A stretch of 64,000 nt of DNA from Octopus sinensis (GCF_006345805.1 NC_043015.1:10168001-10232000), one strand, 5' to 3'; shown: positions 40,590 through 54,634, counted from the first letter of the stretch. Translations and numbers: made by a program. The notes: a model not told the origin generated them from the sequence alone.

Positions 40590-41609
40590 AGGCATATTTA
40601 TGTAATATGTCATGTAATTCCAAGCAATTTTTCGGGATCAGTTCACGTATATATTTTAAATACAAGGGCGCTCAGCAGTGAGAAATAAAAAAAATCGTGA
40701 AAAAATAAAAAAGGAATTTGATGTAAGAAATGGATCAAAACGTCACGAAAGAAGACAAGAAAAAATAAGATATTATGTGCATAGAAAACAGCGCGACCCC
40801 CCCCCCCCCAATGTGGCATGTGACTAAAATGAAAGATTTCATTGGCAGCTATTTGGAATATGATATTGTGTCACATTCTAACATTTTGTATTTGTATATC
40901 TGATGCACTTGCATTGATAGCATTTGAAAAGTAGCAAATCACTTAATCTAGATAGTGTTCTTGGTCATGCTAGACATACGTTAGACGTCTGCTTTCAAAC
41001 TGGTTAGTAACCTCTTGAATAAGGAGAAACCTATTGGATTTAATTCTTCATAGGTTTCTAAGTATATGTTACCTTCAATTAATTGTTTCACAAGTAAAAC
41101 GAATGAATTACAATTAAATACAACGCTTTTTCGTTAGTAGTATAAAATTTGATGTTTAAAATATTTATTTTCTTATTAATACATATTGTCAATGTGTGAG
41201 AATATTAGAGTGGTTTTATTTCATAGTCTAACACAAGACGTCGCAGAATCGAATGAAAGAACCACTTAGGAAGTCACTAATATTATAACTGAACTATCAC
41301 CTTAGTGAAATACCTCTGTGGATGTCGATAAAGTATGAAACAATGTGGTAATGTAATACAATTTTGCTTAAAAAAACATAAAATGTTCCATATCAGAATA
41401 TCAAAATCGATATTCAGAGAAGTTATATGGAAGGAGATACTATATGTACGTATAAGTATACATACACACTCGCACCCACTTACAAATTCACACACACGCA
41501 TACACACACACACACACACGCATATATATATATATAATATATATTATATATATATATATATACATATATACATATATTTGAATATATACATACACACACA
41601 CACACATAT

Positions 41610-41655
<46 letters not shown>

Positions 41656-41744
41656 TGTGTGTCTTTGTGTGTGTGTGCGCGCGTGAATGTATATTAAATA
41701 TAAAATAAAACTTACTTGGAAGTGGATGCGTGGCGTTCGATCAT

Positions 41745-42435
41745 ATAATAGCAAAATAATATATAAACATATGCATATATACATACATATATGCACATAC
41801 CTACATCTATATCTATATATACATGCATATATGGGTACAGGACACCTAAAAAACGTTTAACACAAACGATGAGAGTCTGCTACCTTCAACAAGTCAACAC
41901 GGCTTATCCTGTCCTTCTCATAAGTCGCCCTCTCAAAGCGTTCAAAATAATTTTTCCATCGTCTCGGCTTAACAGTCCTCATCGTTTTCTTTTTATTGTG
42001 TTCTTCTCCTTGTTCTGTCTTATACTGTTTTTATTTCTATCGGTTTTACTGTCTTGTTTTGTTTTTAATGTCCTGTTCTTTTTACCACTTTTACCCCTCC
42101 GCAAAAAATCCAAAAGTTGATTGAATTTGCTTTGCGGGAAGGACTATTTCAACGGAGTCGTGTCTTGTCCTTACCCTCGCAATGCGATGTAGCCGAAACA
42201 GGGGCAACTGAAGAAGGGCAATATTCCTTGTGTTGTATGTCTTGTACTCTGTTTTTTCGTTGTTTGAAAAAGAAGTCCGTTTCCATGTTTCTGTTTTTAT
42301 GTCTTCGTTTCCCATTGTGTTCAAGGTTTTGTTTGTGCCCTGTACCCATATATGCATGTATATATACATATAGATGTAGGTATGTACATATATGTATGTA
42401 TATATGCATATTTTTGTATATTATTTTGTTATTAT
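41745..42435. mobile_element. Element with ~100-bp inverted termini (41745-41845 / 42335-42435); possibly Penelope-like
   Basis: CATACCTACATCTAT...CATGCATATATGGGTACAGG versus CCTGTACCCATATATGCATG...ATAGATGTAGGTATG; no ORF. Confidence 0.65.
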
Positions 42436-42510
42436 ATTAAATATATATACATATTCATATATTTATATATATATATATATATATACATATATACATATAT
42501 TTGAATATAT

Positions 42511-42578
<68 letters not shown>

Positions 42579-43142
42579 GTTCATGTGTGCATGTGCATTT
42601 AAGGATCTGTTCATGTGTTCGTGTGTGTGTGCGTGTGTGTATTTGGGCGTGTGTGTATTTATATGCAGGGTGTGTCAGAGCGAGTTACAGGCATTTCTTC
42701 GGATATATGCGTTTGATTTCCTAGGTGCAAATAATATTTTCCATGCGTCCTAAAAGTGTTTCTGTCTGAACAGATTTTCTCCTTTAGTTTGTAGCAATGC
42801 GTGTGTTTGTTCGCACACAATATACAGAATTTACTGTGAATGAATAATTTCCAGTTAACAAGCGTATTGGTTTTAACTGTTTAATTAATTAATTTCAACG
42901 TTAGCGTAAATTCAACTAATGATATAAAATTAATATATTGATTTAGATATTTGCACCTCGTGCCATTTCCTGCTGGATTTTCCATTATTAATAACGTTAG
43001 ATTTATTCGAAATTTTCAGTTTCTCATTACTTATTTATGGAAGCAGTACTTTATACTGTCTGAACAAATGATGACTATGAATTCATGAAGCCTCATCGGT
43101 GTCATCACATATCCATGAATAAAAGTATCGTATAAGATGTCG

Positions 43143-43187
<45 letters not shown>

Positions 43188-43193
43188 ATATAT

Positions 43194-43310
43194 GACCTGC
43201 TCGCTTAGCCAGCTGGGAGGCGTCATTCGAAGGCTAAAACAATGCGAACGCATTGTGACCAGCGATGTGTAACTACATATGATGGACTGGTCGGTCACGT
43301 TATCACGTGA
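43194..43310 (-). repeat. ~115-bp GC-richer insert inside (AT)n; probable short interspersed repeat
   Basis: Sharp boundaries with (AT)n on both sides. It resembles a repeat I recall from octopus, but only one copy is in this window. Confidence 0.4.
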
Positions 43311-43322
43311 TATATATATATC

Positions 43323-43334
<12 letters not shown>

Positions 43335-43353
<19 letters not shown>

Positions 43354-43560
43354 GGAAAGTTTATGAGTTTAAACAAAAGACGAAGGCAGGTGGTGTACAA
43401 ACAAACAAATGTATTAGTATAGCGCTCAGAAATAGAAAAAGGTATTTTACGTTTCAAGCCTATGCTCTTCCACAGAAAGATACACAGGAAAACACAGGGA
43501 GAGAAACAAAGAGAGAAAAAAAATGCGTGTAGTAGCTAACAATATATCATGGCGTCTGAC
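43335..43560 (-). mobile_element. Penelope-like pLTR fragment with minimal hammerhead variant (43443-43482)
   Basis: Minus strand UUU-CUGUGGA-A-GAGC-AUAG-GCUU-GAAA-CG-UA-AAA; second copy of the 39395 family; the 3' end abuts (AT)n. Confidence 0.6.
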
Positions 43561-45826
43561 GCGAGTGGGACAGTAGGGGAGATAACAGGGTCCAGTTACT
43601 TCCAGTACGAAGGAGCCCCCAAAACAAAGGTGCGTGTGTGTATAAGAAAGTATGTATGTGCGTGTGAAAGAGGGCTGGTGGTCTGGACGTGTGTGTGTAT
43701 GTATGTGTGTGTGTGGAGATGTGGGGGTGTGTATGTATGTGTAGGTGTAAAGATACGGGGATGGGTGTGTGGGTTGTGTGTTGTGGGTGTGTGGGTTATG
43801 TGTTGTGATGTGATGTGTAACCTTGTATGGTGTAGTGTAGCGTGGTGTGGTGTGAAGTTTTGGGGAGGTGGGGGATGTGAGAGTGGAGAAAGCACGGGTT
43901 ATACGTATATTAAATCACTTCCAAAGATTTCTAAGACTTCAGTTGAAGCGGGTGAGTTCAGTGCAGTTTTTCTCGACCATATACCTGGAAAATGACGTCT
44001 GCTATATGCATCTTCCTTTGGTGGCATTAACTGCCATGTCTCTGTAATATCTCGTGACGTCAGCGGTTGGTTTGGAAGTGCTCTTTGTATAATGTCTATC
44101 TGGTATTAAATATCCAAGATGTCGGGTAAAGCGCTCTGGTAAATATTACCTTTTATCTATTTTCTATACTTCGAAAGAAAATATCAAGTTTCATTCTCTT
44201 GTAAGTTGCGTCATAATTGTAAAACGTCTCATCGCCAAGAGCGAACACGCTGCCGAATTGTACTTCTTTAGAAAATTAGACTTATCATGAAGTATATTTG
44301 AATATTTTGATAGTGGTTTTAAAGGTGAGGAATTGACTCATAAATTAACCTGTGTTGTAGTTCAAATACACGTCTACCCATAAATTCATTCTCAGACAAG
44401 TTGACCGTGACATAGACTACAGATACATTCCAGCCAAGTGAATTCTATACAAATTTTAGTTATGCATTTTCACTCACCGGGTATCAGGCAAACCAAAGTC
44501 ATAGAAATTGTTCAAGATCTCATTCAGATGGTTCAAAATTGGAACCTGTGACTGCGATGAAAAGTTTTTCCTTCACCCACAATACACCTACTGCGATAGG
44601 CTATTTTATAGCCACTGTAATCTAACGTCGAACATTTCAGATAGAAAATTACTCTATAAATTTAAAATAGCTTCGAGAAATGGAAACAAAACTCAACGGC
44701 GTGGTGACAGTGTGCGTCAATCCTTACCAGGGAATAATATGTTGAGGCACACACTTTGTCGATATTATTTGCATATTATAAATTTTACATATAAAGAAAT
44801 TGTAAAAAAAATATTTCAAATAATTTAGCATCATAGCATCAAACATATGTTCGAGACATCTTCCTTAATATATGCTTTACTATACCAATTGTGAAATCTA
44901 TCTTTCGCTTGGATTTAAACCTAGGATATTTCAAATCCTTTTTCGTCGTCATGAACGAAAACACTGCCTATTCATCTGTTTAGAATCTTTTTTTTTAATC
45001 CGGGCCAGCGAGAAACAATATATTTCTACATTGCTCAAAGTGATATTTTACAGCAGAACACTATCTTGCTTAGCGGCTGCTGATTTTATAATTGACATAC
45101 GTTAACCATGGTACGCTTTGTCAGAAAACATTTCCATAACACCACGACAGCTATATCCCAGATACACATGGACGTTCACATAAAAAAACGCACAAACGCA
45201 AACACATACAAAGACATACGCTAGCAGATACATATATATATATATACACATAATCATATACACTACCCCAATGTTCACAAGTCATATTCTTATACATTTA
45301 TTATATACAAATATGAAATAATTTCCATATTATTTCTTCGTGATTCATATTCTGTAAATTCTTACACGATTTAATTTTTTCATAGAATTTTTTAATCTTT
45401 GGTGTTGCTTTATAAAAATGAATGCATCGCACGATTATTATTTTTTTTCAACTTTTTTTCGAAAATTTCGTTCTCTTTTAGAAAAGATTATTCAAATAAT
45501 TTGGATTGTGCATCAAACTGGACAGACAAAACAAAACAAAACACATTCTACTATTGAGTTTCGCACAATAACTTTGATAACAGAATTCAAAATATTCGAT
45601 TTCATTTCATACATGATGGAACATAACATGATTTTTCTTTTAAAATTTTCTTCTGCTTATCATCACGATTTTTTTTCTTAATATTTTAACATTTCCAAAA
45701 CTTCACGCTTGGCTTCAGTTAACACTTGTATCCACTTGGCTTTTCTTTTCAGATTTCAAAATCAAGAAAAACAAAGACTCTTAACATAGAAATACATTCA
45801 TATATACATATACATATATGTGTATG

Positions 45827-45890
<64 letters not shown>

Positions 45891-45928
45891 TATATGTATA
45901 TGTATATATATAAATATGTGTGTGTTTT

Positions 45929-46016
<88 letters not shown>

Positions 46017-47350
46017 CTACATATGTGTGTTTATGTATATGAATCAACATATACTTAGATACACACCACCCAACGCAGTACAAGTAAAGTATCAGGTACT
46101 TTATGACGAATGGAATTTGTATAGAATTTTTATATTTCAATTTTTTCTATTTTCGAAGATTCTCCGTAGTGTATCTGATTCTATTTTGCCAATTTCTTCT
46201 AAAGATTTTCAAAGAATTATTCCCCTGTAAACTGTGGTGATGCTATTGATAATGAGGAGATTTAGAAAGAAAGAAAAAGAAGAGAATGATAAGAAAAACA
46301 AAGAGTAGGAGGTCGGGGAAGAAGGACAATGAGGCATTGAAGCTGGTGGATGCTAGCAATCATTCTGATGTTTCTTGTGGTAGTGGTGGTAGCGATGGTG
46401 GTGGTAATGGTGATGACGATGATAATGGTGTTAGTGTAAATGATGTAAAAAGAATGCGCTCGTGCAGGAGGCTGAATAGGTTTTAGTGTTGTGCACGAGG
46501 AGGCGGAAAGGAATGAGGCACTTGTGAAACGGGGGAGGAAGATTCGGCTGCAACCGAACGATGACCACGAATGTGGTGACTAAAGTACTGATAAATATTG
46601 AGATTGAGTTGAAAGAGATGGCGATAATATGGTGGAAATGGCATTTATATATGACAAGAAAACCGATAATGACTTAGGATATGACTTGTTTTGCTGTACA
46701 CACTGTTAGGGAGTCTGATATTTATCTAGAATTTCTGACAATTATTTATTAAATATTATGTAAATTATATTCGCCAAAAATGTTCATAATTATTTCTACA
46801 TTGTAAAATCTTCCTGTCCACAGATTACCAAAGACCTCAGATTATGCTTCGTTGATGTGGAATAATATAACAAAAAATTCACTCAGAGCTGTCAACCTGT
46901 CAGCTAACAAAAACCGTGTTTCCTTCTAAAGTTTGAATTCTAATTTTCTAAGAAATTAATTTTTAATTTGTTGATATTTTCACATTTTTGCTTTGAAAGT
47001 CACTCGCAATTGCCACTAAATGTTTGTTTCCTTTGACTAACTGAATTTTCAAATTGATTAGAATATTTTTGTGGTACGCCATTCAGTACATCTTCACCTC
47101 AGTAAATGATTAAATATTCTGACATCTTTATTATGATTGTACTGATGGCGAAGTCACAAGTGAGGCGAGTTATAGAACGTTGAGGAGTGGAGGAGAGGAT
47201 ATGGTTGTTAATTATAAGATGCATACAATAATGATTCCATTTACTTGCCACCGGTGCAAAGGATAAAGAGGAATATACAAAGATAAACACAAAGTGTTGG
47301 GGATGGTTTGCTAGCATTACATTTAGGCAGATACTGTAAATATAGGACTA

Positions 47351-47865
47351 CATTAATCACTCACCATATCGTGATTCATTTATCACGTCCTCTGTACATG
47401 GCGGGTTTTTCTGACTAATGTATGTAAATTTATATCACGGACTCCTCAGTAAATCATGGGTTTCTGCTGCTGATAGGTTTTCACATATTATAGATTTTCA
47501 TTATTTCTGTGGTAAGATAAGCATTTTCATGCCTAAAAAAAAATAATTAATAAAGAAAAATACAGTGCAGTACTGCACTGTATAACACTTTAGTTGAACT
47601 ATTTTAAAAGAAAATACGTAGTGTACCGTAGAGGAGTGAACAAAGAATCGCACATATTGTATGGAGAAAGAAGAGACTTGTGTACTTCTAGGAATGTGGT
47701 GAGAATTTATAAAAGCTTAAATATATAAAAATAATAAAATACATATATATAAATTGTAAAAATAGAAAAAGAAAATAGAGTACAGTACAGTTTCTACTTC
47801 GCGGATTCTCACCTGTAGCAGGGTTTTTTTTTAACGAAATACTCGCGATAGTCGAGGGCTTACAG
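47351..47865. mobile_element. pogo/Tigger-like MITE, TA-flanked, degenerate
   Basis: Ends TA|CATTAATCACTCACCATATCGTG and CGCGATAGTCGAGGGCTTACAG|TA fit a CAGTAATCCCTCG..ATCGCG TIR. Confidence 0.6.
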
Positions 47866-48463
47866 TATATCTTATTCATGTACCACTGAAAATAATCTTA
47901 AATAGTTTTTGACCAGAAACTTGATATCTTGAATAAGAAATTTAGAAACGATGATAATATTTATTTGGTTAAGCTTTCATCAATTCATCGGATATCCTTT
48001 GAGGAGAAAGGTGAGGCTAGAGAAGGACGAGCAGCCTTCTAATTTGTTTATTAAAAAATGGATCTGACTGGCAAGACGGTTTGAATTTGAATAAAATATC
48101 AGGAGAAAAGGATCTGGAGGACGGTATATCCCATGCCTTGCGGATGACAGAGCAATCCGGGACTTTTGCCCGCCCAAAATAAACTGACTCGCTATTAGGA
48201 ATTCTACGTATTCATTATGCATTTTCGTAATTTCTACATCTACAACATATTGTTAAATACTTTAAATTTACTCTATAGTCTCTCCACATGATAGATATAA
48301 ATCTCACCTGCTTTGTGTGTTGTATCTCTTCATTTGACACTGTACCTCATGGCTTGAGCCGTAGTAACCAGTAAAATAATCCCTCATCTTCATCATCATC
48401 ATCATCATCATCATCATCTACGTTCGTTTTCTTTCACTTCTTCATCGTATTGTTATTATTATT

Positions 48464-49035
48464 CAGAGAGAGAGAGGGGGGCAGAGCAGTGCATGCCATC
48501 AAAGTGATACAGGGATAAAATATACGAAGCCCAGTATACCCATCATGACAACTCATCTGTTACGAGTACACCAGGTACATGCATTACAACAATATGTGCG
48601 CAACATCCTGATCACATACCAACATAAACAACGCATGATATTGCAGGTGGGGCCCAGTTAGGATATTGTTCAGGTCGAGTAACCCATCCCGTTCAAAAGG
48701 TCCCTGAAAAAGGGCTATTTAAGGATGATGAACAAAACACACATATTTCCAAAGATGAATAATCCAAACCTCTAAGAATTCCTCTCAACACGTGGCTATG
48801 ATGCCTTCCCACTACTTCTGCTCTTGATCAGAAATGCACATATCGTCAGCCACTAAGGGACATGGTCAACTGGTTAAGGTCAAACAACTGACAAGCAAAT
48901 CTGTTGTATTGAACAGAATATTTGCTGTAACCCATCATTTATACCAAGACAATAACAATGTACATGATGATACATCCAATCATGTAAGACCAGAAGCCAG
49001 GAGAGCCACTGCCTTGTACTGCATCATGTCATATG
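48464..49035 (-). mobile_element. ~570-bp non-coding interspersed repeat embedded in (AAT)n
   Basis: GC-richer block with (ATT)n on both sides; its 3' end recurs at 17505-17565 followed by (AAT)n. No ORF or Pol III boxes recognised. Confidence 0.65.
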
Positions 49036-49102
49036 TTATTATTATTATCCTTAACATTATTATCATCACCAACATCATCATCATCATCATCATCATTATC
49101 AT

Positions 49103-49133
<31 letters not shown>

Positions 49134-49142
49134 AGCAGTAGC

Positions 49143-49199
<57 letters not shown>

Positions 49200-49200
<1 letters not shown>

Positions 49201-49619
49201 TATGCTTAACTTTTGCTTTATATTTGTACAAGTTGGCTCCAAGTCTCACTCAGAGACCTCAAGAGACAACAGTTTGGAAGTTCGTGCTGTTGTTATGCCT
49301 AGAGTGCCATATATTTGCTTTTGTATTTACTGTTGTACTAGTGAATGTCTAAAAAAAAACATACGAAAACTATGTTTGTTTTAAAACTTGAGATTACATA
49401 GAAAGTATTTTGCGTAGGATATGAGCAGTTCCCATGTGCACTATCTTTTGAATTTCTGCCATTTTTGGGTTTCCTGGTATCTGAGTTAGGTAGCAATCAG
49501 CCCATTTTGCTATCATTTCCAGGGAACCTATGACAACATGTATTGTTTTAGTCTTCAGGGTCCACATTTTGCTGATTTCTATTTCTAGATCTTTATATTT
49601 GCTCAGTTTTTGGTAGGTC

Positions 49620-49621
<2 letters not shown>
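49200..49621 (-). mobile_element. 5'-truncated R4/Dong-like retrotransposon 3' end (RLE domain tail and 3' UTR) inside (AAT)n
   Basis: KTYQKLSKYKDLEIEISKMWTLKTKTIHVVIGSLEMI...IQKIVHMGTAHILRKILSM* is the typical end of a restriction-like endonuclease domain; (ATT)n at 49146-49199 and 49621-49667. Confidence 0.85.
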
Positions 49622-49668
<47 letters not shown>

Positions 49669-49869
49669 GTGTTATCATCATCATCATCTTTATCCACCAC
49701 TATCTCCGTTGAGTGGCAGGTGAATGTGGTGAGGAAGACCGAGTGAATGGGCCTATTCTCACCAGTAGTAGATAGAGTGGTTTGAGGAGAAGGGGAATTT
49801 CTTTCGGGCGGGCACGTGACAATCGTGGTGTGGGTTTCGTTATTCGGTCCTGGGTGGAATTCGAATGTA

Positions 49870-50070
49870 TGGGATTAATCGTTAGCTCACCGCATGAAAT
49901 GCGTAGCAGTTTTTCGTCTGTCGCTCCGTTCTGATTTCAAATTCCGGTGAGGTCGACTTTACCTTTCATCCATTAGGTGTCGATAAATTAAGTACCAGTG
50001 AAACTCTGAGGTGGATGTAATAAACTACTTCACTCCCCCAAATTTGATGCCTTGTGCCTCCAGTAGAGAG
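49870..50070 (+). mobile_element. SINE family B, degenerate
   Basis: GTTCTGATTTCAAATTCCGGTGAGGTCGACTTTACCTTTCATCC...TAAGTACCAGT. Confidence 0.7.
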
Positions 50071-50080
50071 GGTTATAGTT

Positions 50081-50087
<7 letters not shown>

Positions 50088-50111
<24 letters not shown>

Positions 50112-50123
50112 GTAGTAGTAGTC

Positions 50124-50198
<75 letters not shown>
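50088..50198. repeat. (ATC)n-(AGT)n microsatellite
   Basis: Directly visible. Confidence 0.95.
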
Positions 50199-50199
<1 letters not shown>

Positions 50200-50879
50200 A
50201 ATTTGGTAAGCAGTGTCGTCAGACCATCGGCGAAAGACGCATCAGATTCATTCCGGTTTTTATATTGTGAGTTTACATTCTTCCACGGTGCACTTAGCCA
50301 TTACTCACCTGAGTTCGACAAGATATAGTACCAGTCTAGTATCGGCGTCGATGTTATTGACGGAAGATTTTCCTTTAAGTTGCTGGCCTTGTGTCTACGT
50401 CTCGAGGGCACAAAATTAATACGACTGGCATACGTTTCAATTTAATTGACTCCTATGTTGGCAATATTTCTTTCCATACTTTTACCATGTTGCTGATGTT
50501 TACGATGGATTCCATCATCTTGATTCCTATGTTTATAATGATAAGATTGTTAGCGATCAAAGTGATGTTTATAATGACAGTGATATGACTGATACCGATG
50601 TTGTTCTGGACAACAAAGTTGCTAAAAATTGTTTCAGCGCAGCTGATCGCAAATATAACAAGTGTTTTATATAATAATCATTTGATGTGATACTTATTAC
50701 TTTTGACACATACGGAAAGAAGAAGGGTGCCGATGGTCGTGGAACACATGGCAATGCTGGTGTCTGCGAGTAAACATAAATGTGAGATGTCTAGATATAT
50801 CTAAGGAAATGAAAGTATGATGAGTAAATGAAGATTAATGCCATATACGAACGAACAGACTATCTCGGTTGCGATATAA

Positions 50880-51290
50880 TTGCTGTTGATGAGGATGATG
50901 ATGATGATGAACATTAAGATCATGAGGATTACGATGGTGTTGATGGTAATGATGATGACGATGATGATGATGGTTACGATAATTATAAGGATGATGATGA
51001 CGACAACGGCAATGATGATGATGATGATGAGGATGATGCCATTGAAAATTATGATCATGAGGAGGAGGAGAGGATGGTGAGTACCTCGAACTTGACGATG
51101 TGTATGATGATGATTATGGTGCTACTGATGATAAAAATGGTCATGATGATGGTGATGTAAATTATGATCGCCATAATTTGCAATGCTATCATCAATAACA
51201 CCATCATCATCACCACCATCATCCTCATCATCGTCATCATCATCATCATTATTATTACCATGACTATTGTCATCATCATTACCATCAGGA
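50880..51290. repeat. Decayed (ATG)n then (ATC)n low-complexity tract
   Basis: Directly visible; source of the poly-M/I ORFs. Confidence 0.9.
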
Positions 51291-51297
51291 GAAAGGC

Positions 51298-51505
51298 AGC
51301 GAGCTGGCAGAAATGTTAGCTCGCCGGGCGAAATGCTTAGCGGTATTCCGTCTGACTTTAATTTCTGAGTTCAAATTCCACCGAGGTCGACTTTGTATTT
51401 CATCCCTTCGGGGTTGATAAATTAGTTACCAGTTGCGTGCTGCTGTGCATCTAATCGGCTGGTCTCCTTACAAGAAAATTCGGGCCTTGTGCCTGGTGTG
51501 ACAAA
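51298..51505 (+). mobile_element. SINE family B
   Basis: GCGAGCTGGCAGAAATGTTAGC...GAGTTCAAATTCCACCGAGGTCGAC...GGCCTTGTGCCTGG. Confidence 0.85.
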
Positions 51506-54002
51506 AATAATATTTTTGAGACAACAATTATACAGGACTACTTTAAGGACTATTGTTTTTCGTCAATTGTAGTCAATGAGTTTTGAGGCAAATTTAACTT
51601 TCGAATTTCATTTCTACCAGAGGGAGGTAGCCATATAGACTCATCGTAAGGATTTCAGAAAATGAGATGAATATTGTTTAAGATGCAGGGGTTTTGAAAA
51701 TATTGAACACTATACAACCGTTCGTGTTTGTGTATTATATTCTATGCTTTATTTGGACGTATGGATAGTTTCAAATCTCTATTATTCTCGAATATAAGCA
51801 ATTTCAGTGAAGAGGTGTAGAACGTAAGCGGTTTTCAACATTGTGCCGTCATTAGCGTGGAATATGTTATTCTGCAATTGTGTTTTACAGAGACAGAATT
51901 GCGGTCTAGAGATAAACAGACAGACAGAAGTATTTGAGAAAGCCAATATTAAATAACAAAAAGAACTGCAAAACTAAACTTGAAATGAGCACAGAAGGAA
52001 CTGGGTCATTTACTGACAGACAATATGGAGCGGAATGAAAAATGAGCTGATGCAACGTAGTATACACACGTGTATAAAAGAAGAATAATCCCTCTCATTA
52101 AAGTGGAGGCTGTTTTAGAATTATAATGAAAGTTATATCAGTTGTATCTAACCTCCCTATTCATCGGTTGTGAGTTCGTTTACCAAGGGTCATATCTTTT
52201 AATAAGTTCATCAGTTACAGCATATTATGTTGGTGGTCGATGATTTAAAGAGGATGTTGTACACTTTTGGTTGTTTATGTTCAAAGCGTAGCATGTGTTG
52301 CTGTGATACTTGTAATAATAATCTTCTAGGCCATTGAACTAAGAGCGTAAATTCTAAATGCTGTAAAATATTATGAACAATGATCCAATTCCTAAATATT
52401 ACTAAAATCTCCATTACTTGCATGCAGGAAAATCACACAATCGTATTCAAATCACTAAAGCACTTGTATAATTTTACTGAGATTACTAGTAAGAGGTAAT
52501 CGAAAGCTCGTGAAACTGCATGCTGCTTTCTGAAGAAATAGGTGTGTGTAGATTTTTAATATCAGTAGAATATCCAGAAAGCCAGGTTATACAATGTTTC
52601 CACCTGTCCAGTATTTTCGTAGCTGCATTTGACCAAATGATTGCTATGGAAGACCCAACAATCGGTTTTGATTGAATATCTATACTCGCCAACAGGTAAC
52701 TATTACAGTTGAAAGGGATCGTAAAAAATGACTTAGCATCAAGAAAAGATTTCAGTAATAACTGATTTTATGTGATGGATGAGAAAGGAGTGTATCGTTC
52801 GAATGTTTCGTAGAGCTAAGTAATCATTCCTGACAGCAAATGATCAATATCCTAAGCTGAATACTAGGACCCAAAGCATCTTCGCACATATATTTTGGAT
52901 TAGTGTAAACGAAAAATTGCTCGTGAGCAAGACATTTAGAGTTGCAAGACATTTAATTTTAGCTGATGACTTTGGCAACTTTAGTCTTCGTTCATAATGT
53001 GCTACAAATAAGAAGTTTTGAAGTTGAAATGTTTTTAAATTTGCAAATGTGAAAATCTTTTTCAAATTGAAAGGGCCTGGAAACAAGATGTGTATAAAAG
53101 AATCGAAGATATTTTTAAATATATTGTTACACTGTATAAAATTTTGAGTATACGACTCATATTCACGTTTGAAGTTAGGATCACTGAAATTTAAAAATTA
53201 AATTCCTGAACAAAAGTTCGAACATGGAATTTGAGCGTTATTTCGTGGTACAACTTGGGAATTTATATATTTGTTTGTGAGCTTGATGGCTTAGCTTATT
53301 CGTACTTAAATGCTCCTGAATATGTGAGTAGAATTTAATCCATAGAAATATTTCATAGCAATTTGTCAATGTAGTTGTTATTAAAAGTTTTGAAATTTCT
53401 AACTTTCAATGCCAGTAATGCATAAAAATATAAAAAGAAGAAATATGATAAAGCGCAAGTGGAAGCCTTGAGACCAAAATTCCAAAATAAGGACTCTTGA
53501 CAATTAAAAAAAAATATGAGAAACGTATGCAACATGACATCATTTACAACATTGTGTGTGTGAACATGCGCATGTGTATGTGTATATATTTATGTGTGAG
53601 TGCGCATGTATGTATTTCTGTCTTTCTCTCAAAGAGTGTGTATCTGTGTCTCTGATGTTTGCCTTAATTCCTGTACATGCACATTGGCTCGTATTCACTA
53701 GTTTGTGTATTTATCAATAACTAACGTATATATGTAAGTGCGTGTATGTATATATATATACATATATACGCAGGGCTGTATATGGTTGTATGTATACATG
53801 TGCATACGAAATATATCATGTTATTGAAAATATAGGAGACAAGGTAATCTACGACAATAACTCGCTATTTTTTATTGTGGTTATAGCTCTTTTTAGAATT
53901 CCACATACTTAAATCTTGTCTAAAAATGTCTAGGTTGTATTCACATACTTCGCTGCTGCAATAGTTACACGGGTTTTTGAAGGCTAAGCAACATATTAAG
54001 AC

Positions 54003-54034
<32 letters not shown>

Positions 54035-54634
54035 CGTGTGTATGTATACACACAAACATATATACATACAGACAGACATATATATATATATATATATACA
54101 TGCGTACATACATTTATATGCATTTATTCACTGATTTAATCAATTTTACTCGTGAGATTCACAATTCTATCTACCCTGTTATTATAGTCGATTGCTTTCA
54201 TTTTCTTCCGTATTTCCATATTGAAAAGACGAAAATAAAAACAAGTAATATATTTTCAAAAAAAAAACAACTTTATAATGGAAAAATTTAATCCCCATTT
54301 TCTTTGAAAATAATGATAAAAATTTTATATAGTGAGTGGACAAAAGACTTCATATATCTTTCTAGCAGTTCATTTTGTTCATTGCAAATTTATATAATAT
54401 TCTACTATAATGTCAGTAATGTTTATATGTTGTGTGACTAAAAAGGGTACTGTTTTCAACATAACGACGCCGAAAGATGTATAATGTAAACAAAGTGTTG
54501 ATTATATATCGCGGCTTCCCAAACGTATTCTGCCGACAAAACCCTTGTGACTTATATATATTTAAAAAATAGGATAAATCTTAACAAGAAATTATCAGGT
54601 AGTTAGCGTGAAAAACCTCGTAAGAGAAAAAAAC

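Noticed and set aside
42180-42230. GCCGAAA..CTGAAGA-stem (similar string at 56468-56505) as a type II hammerhead
   Set aside because: Only 9 nt or fewer lie between GAAA and CUGA, too few for stems III and I.
44508-44828. EGF-like CDCDEKFFLHPQYTYC inside a 106-aa ORF
   Set aside because: Only half an EGF cysteine pattern, no good donor site, and an alternative frame is equally open.
47980-48222. GIYRPP as a CR1/L2 endonuclease remnant; CR1-like 3' traces at ~34600-35050 and ~52200-52620
   Set aside because: Single short motifs only, too decayed to support without an alignment.
48960-49035. HDV-like fold at the 5' end of the 570-bp element
   Set aside because: A P3/L3-like hairpin exists, but there is no P1.1, J4/2 or P2 partner.
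50430-50660. Open acidic frame (YHVADVYDG..DSDMTDTD)
   Set aside because: GAT-periodic decayed microsatellite continuous with the (ATG)n tract.
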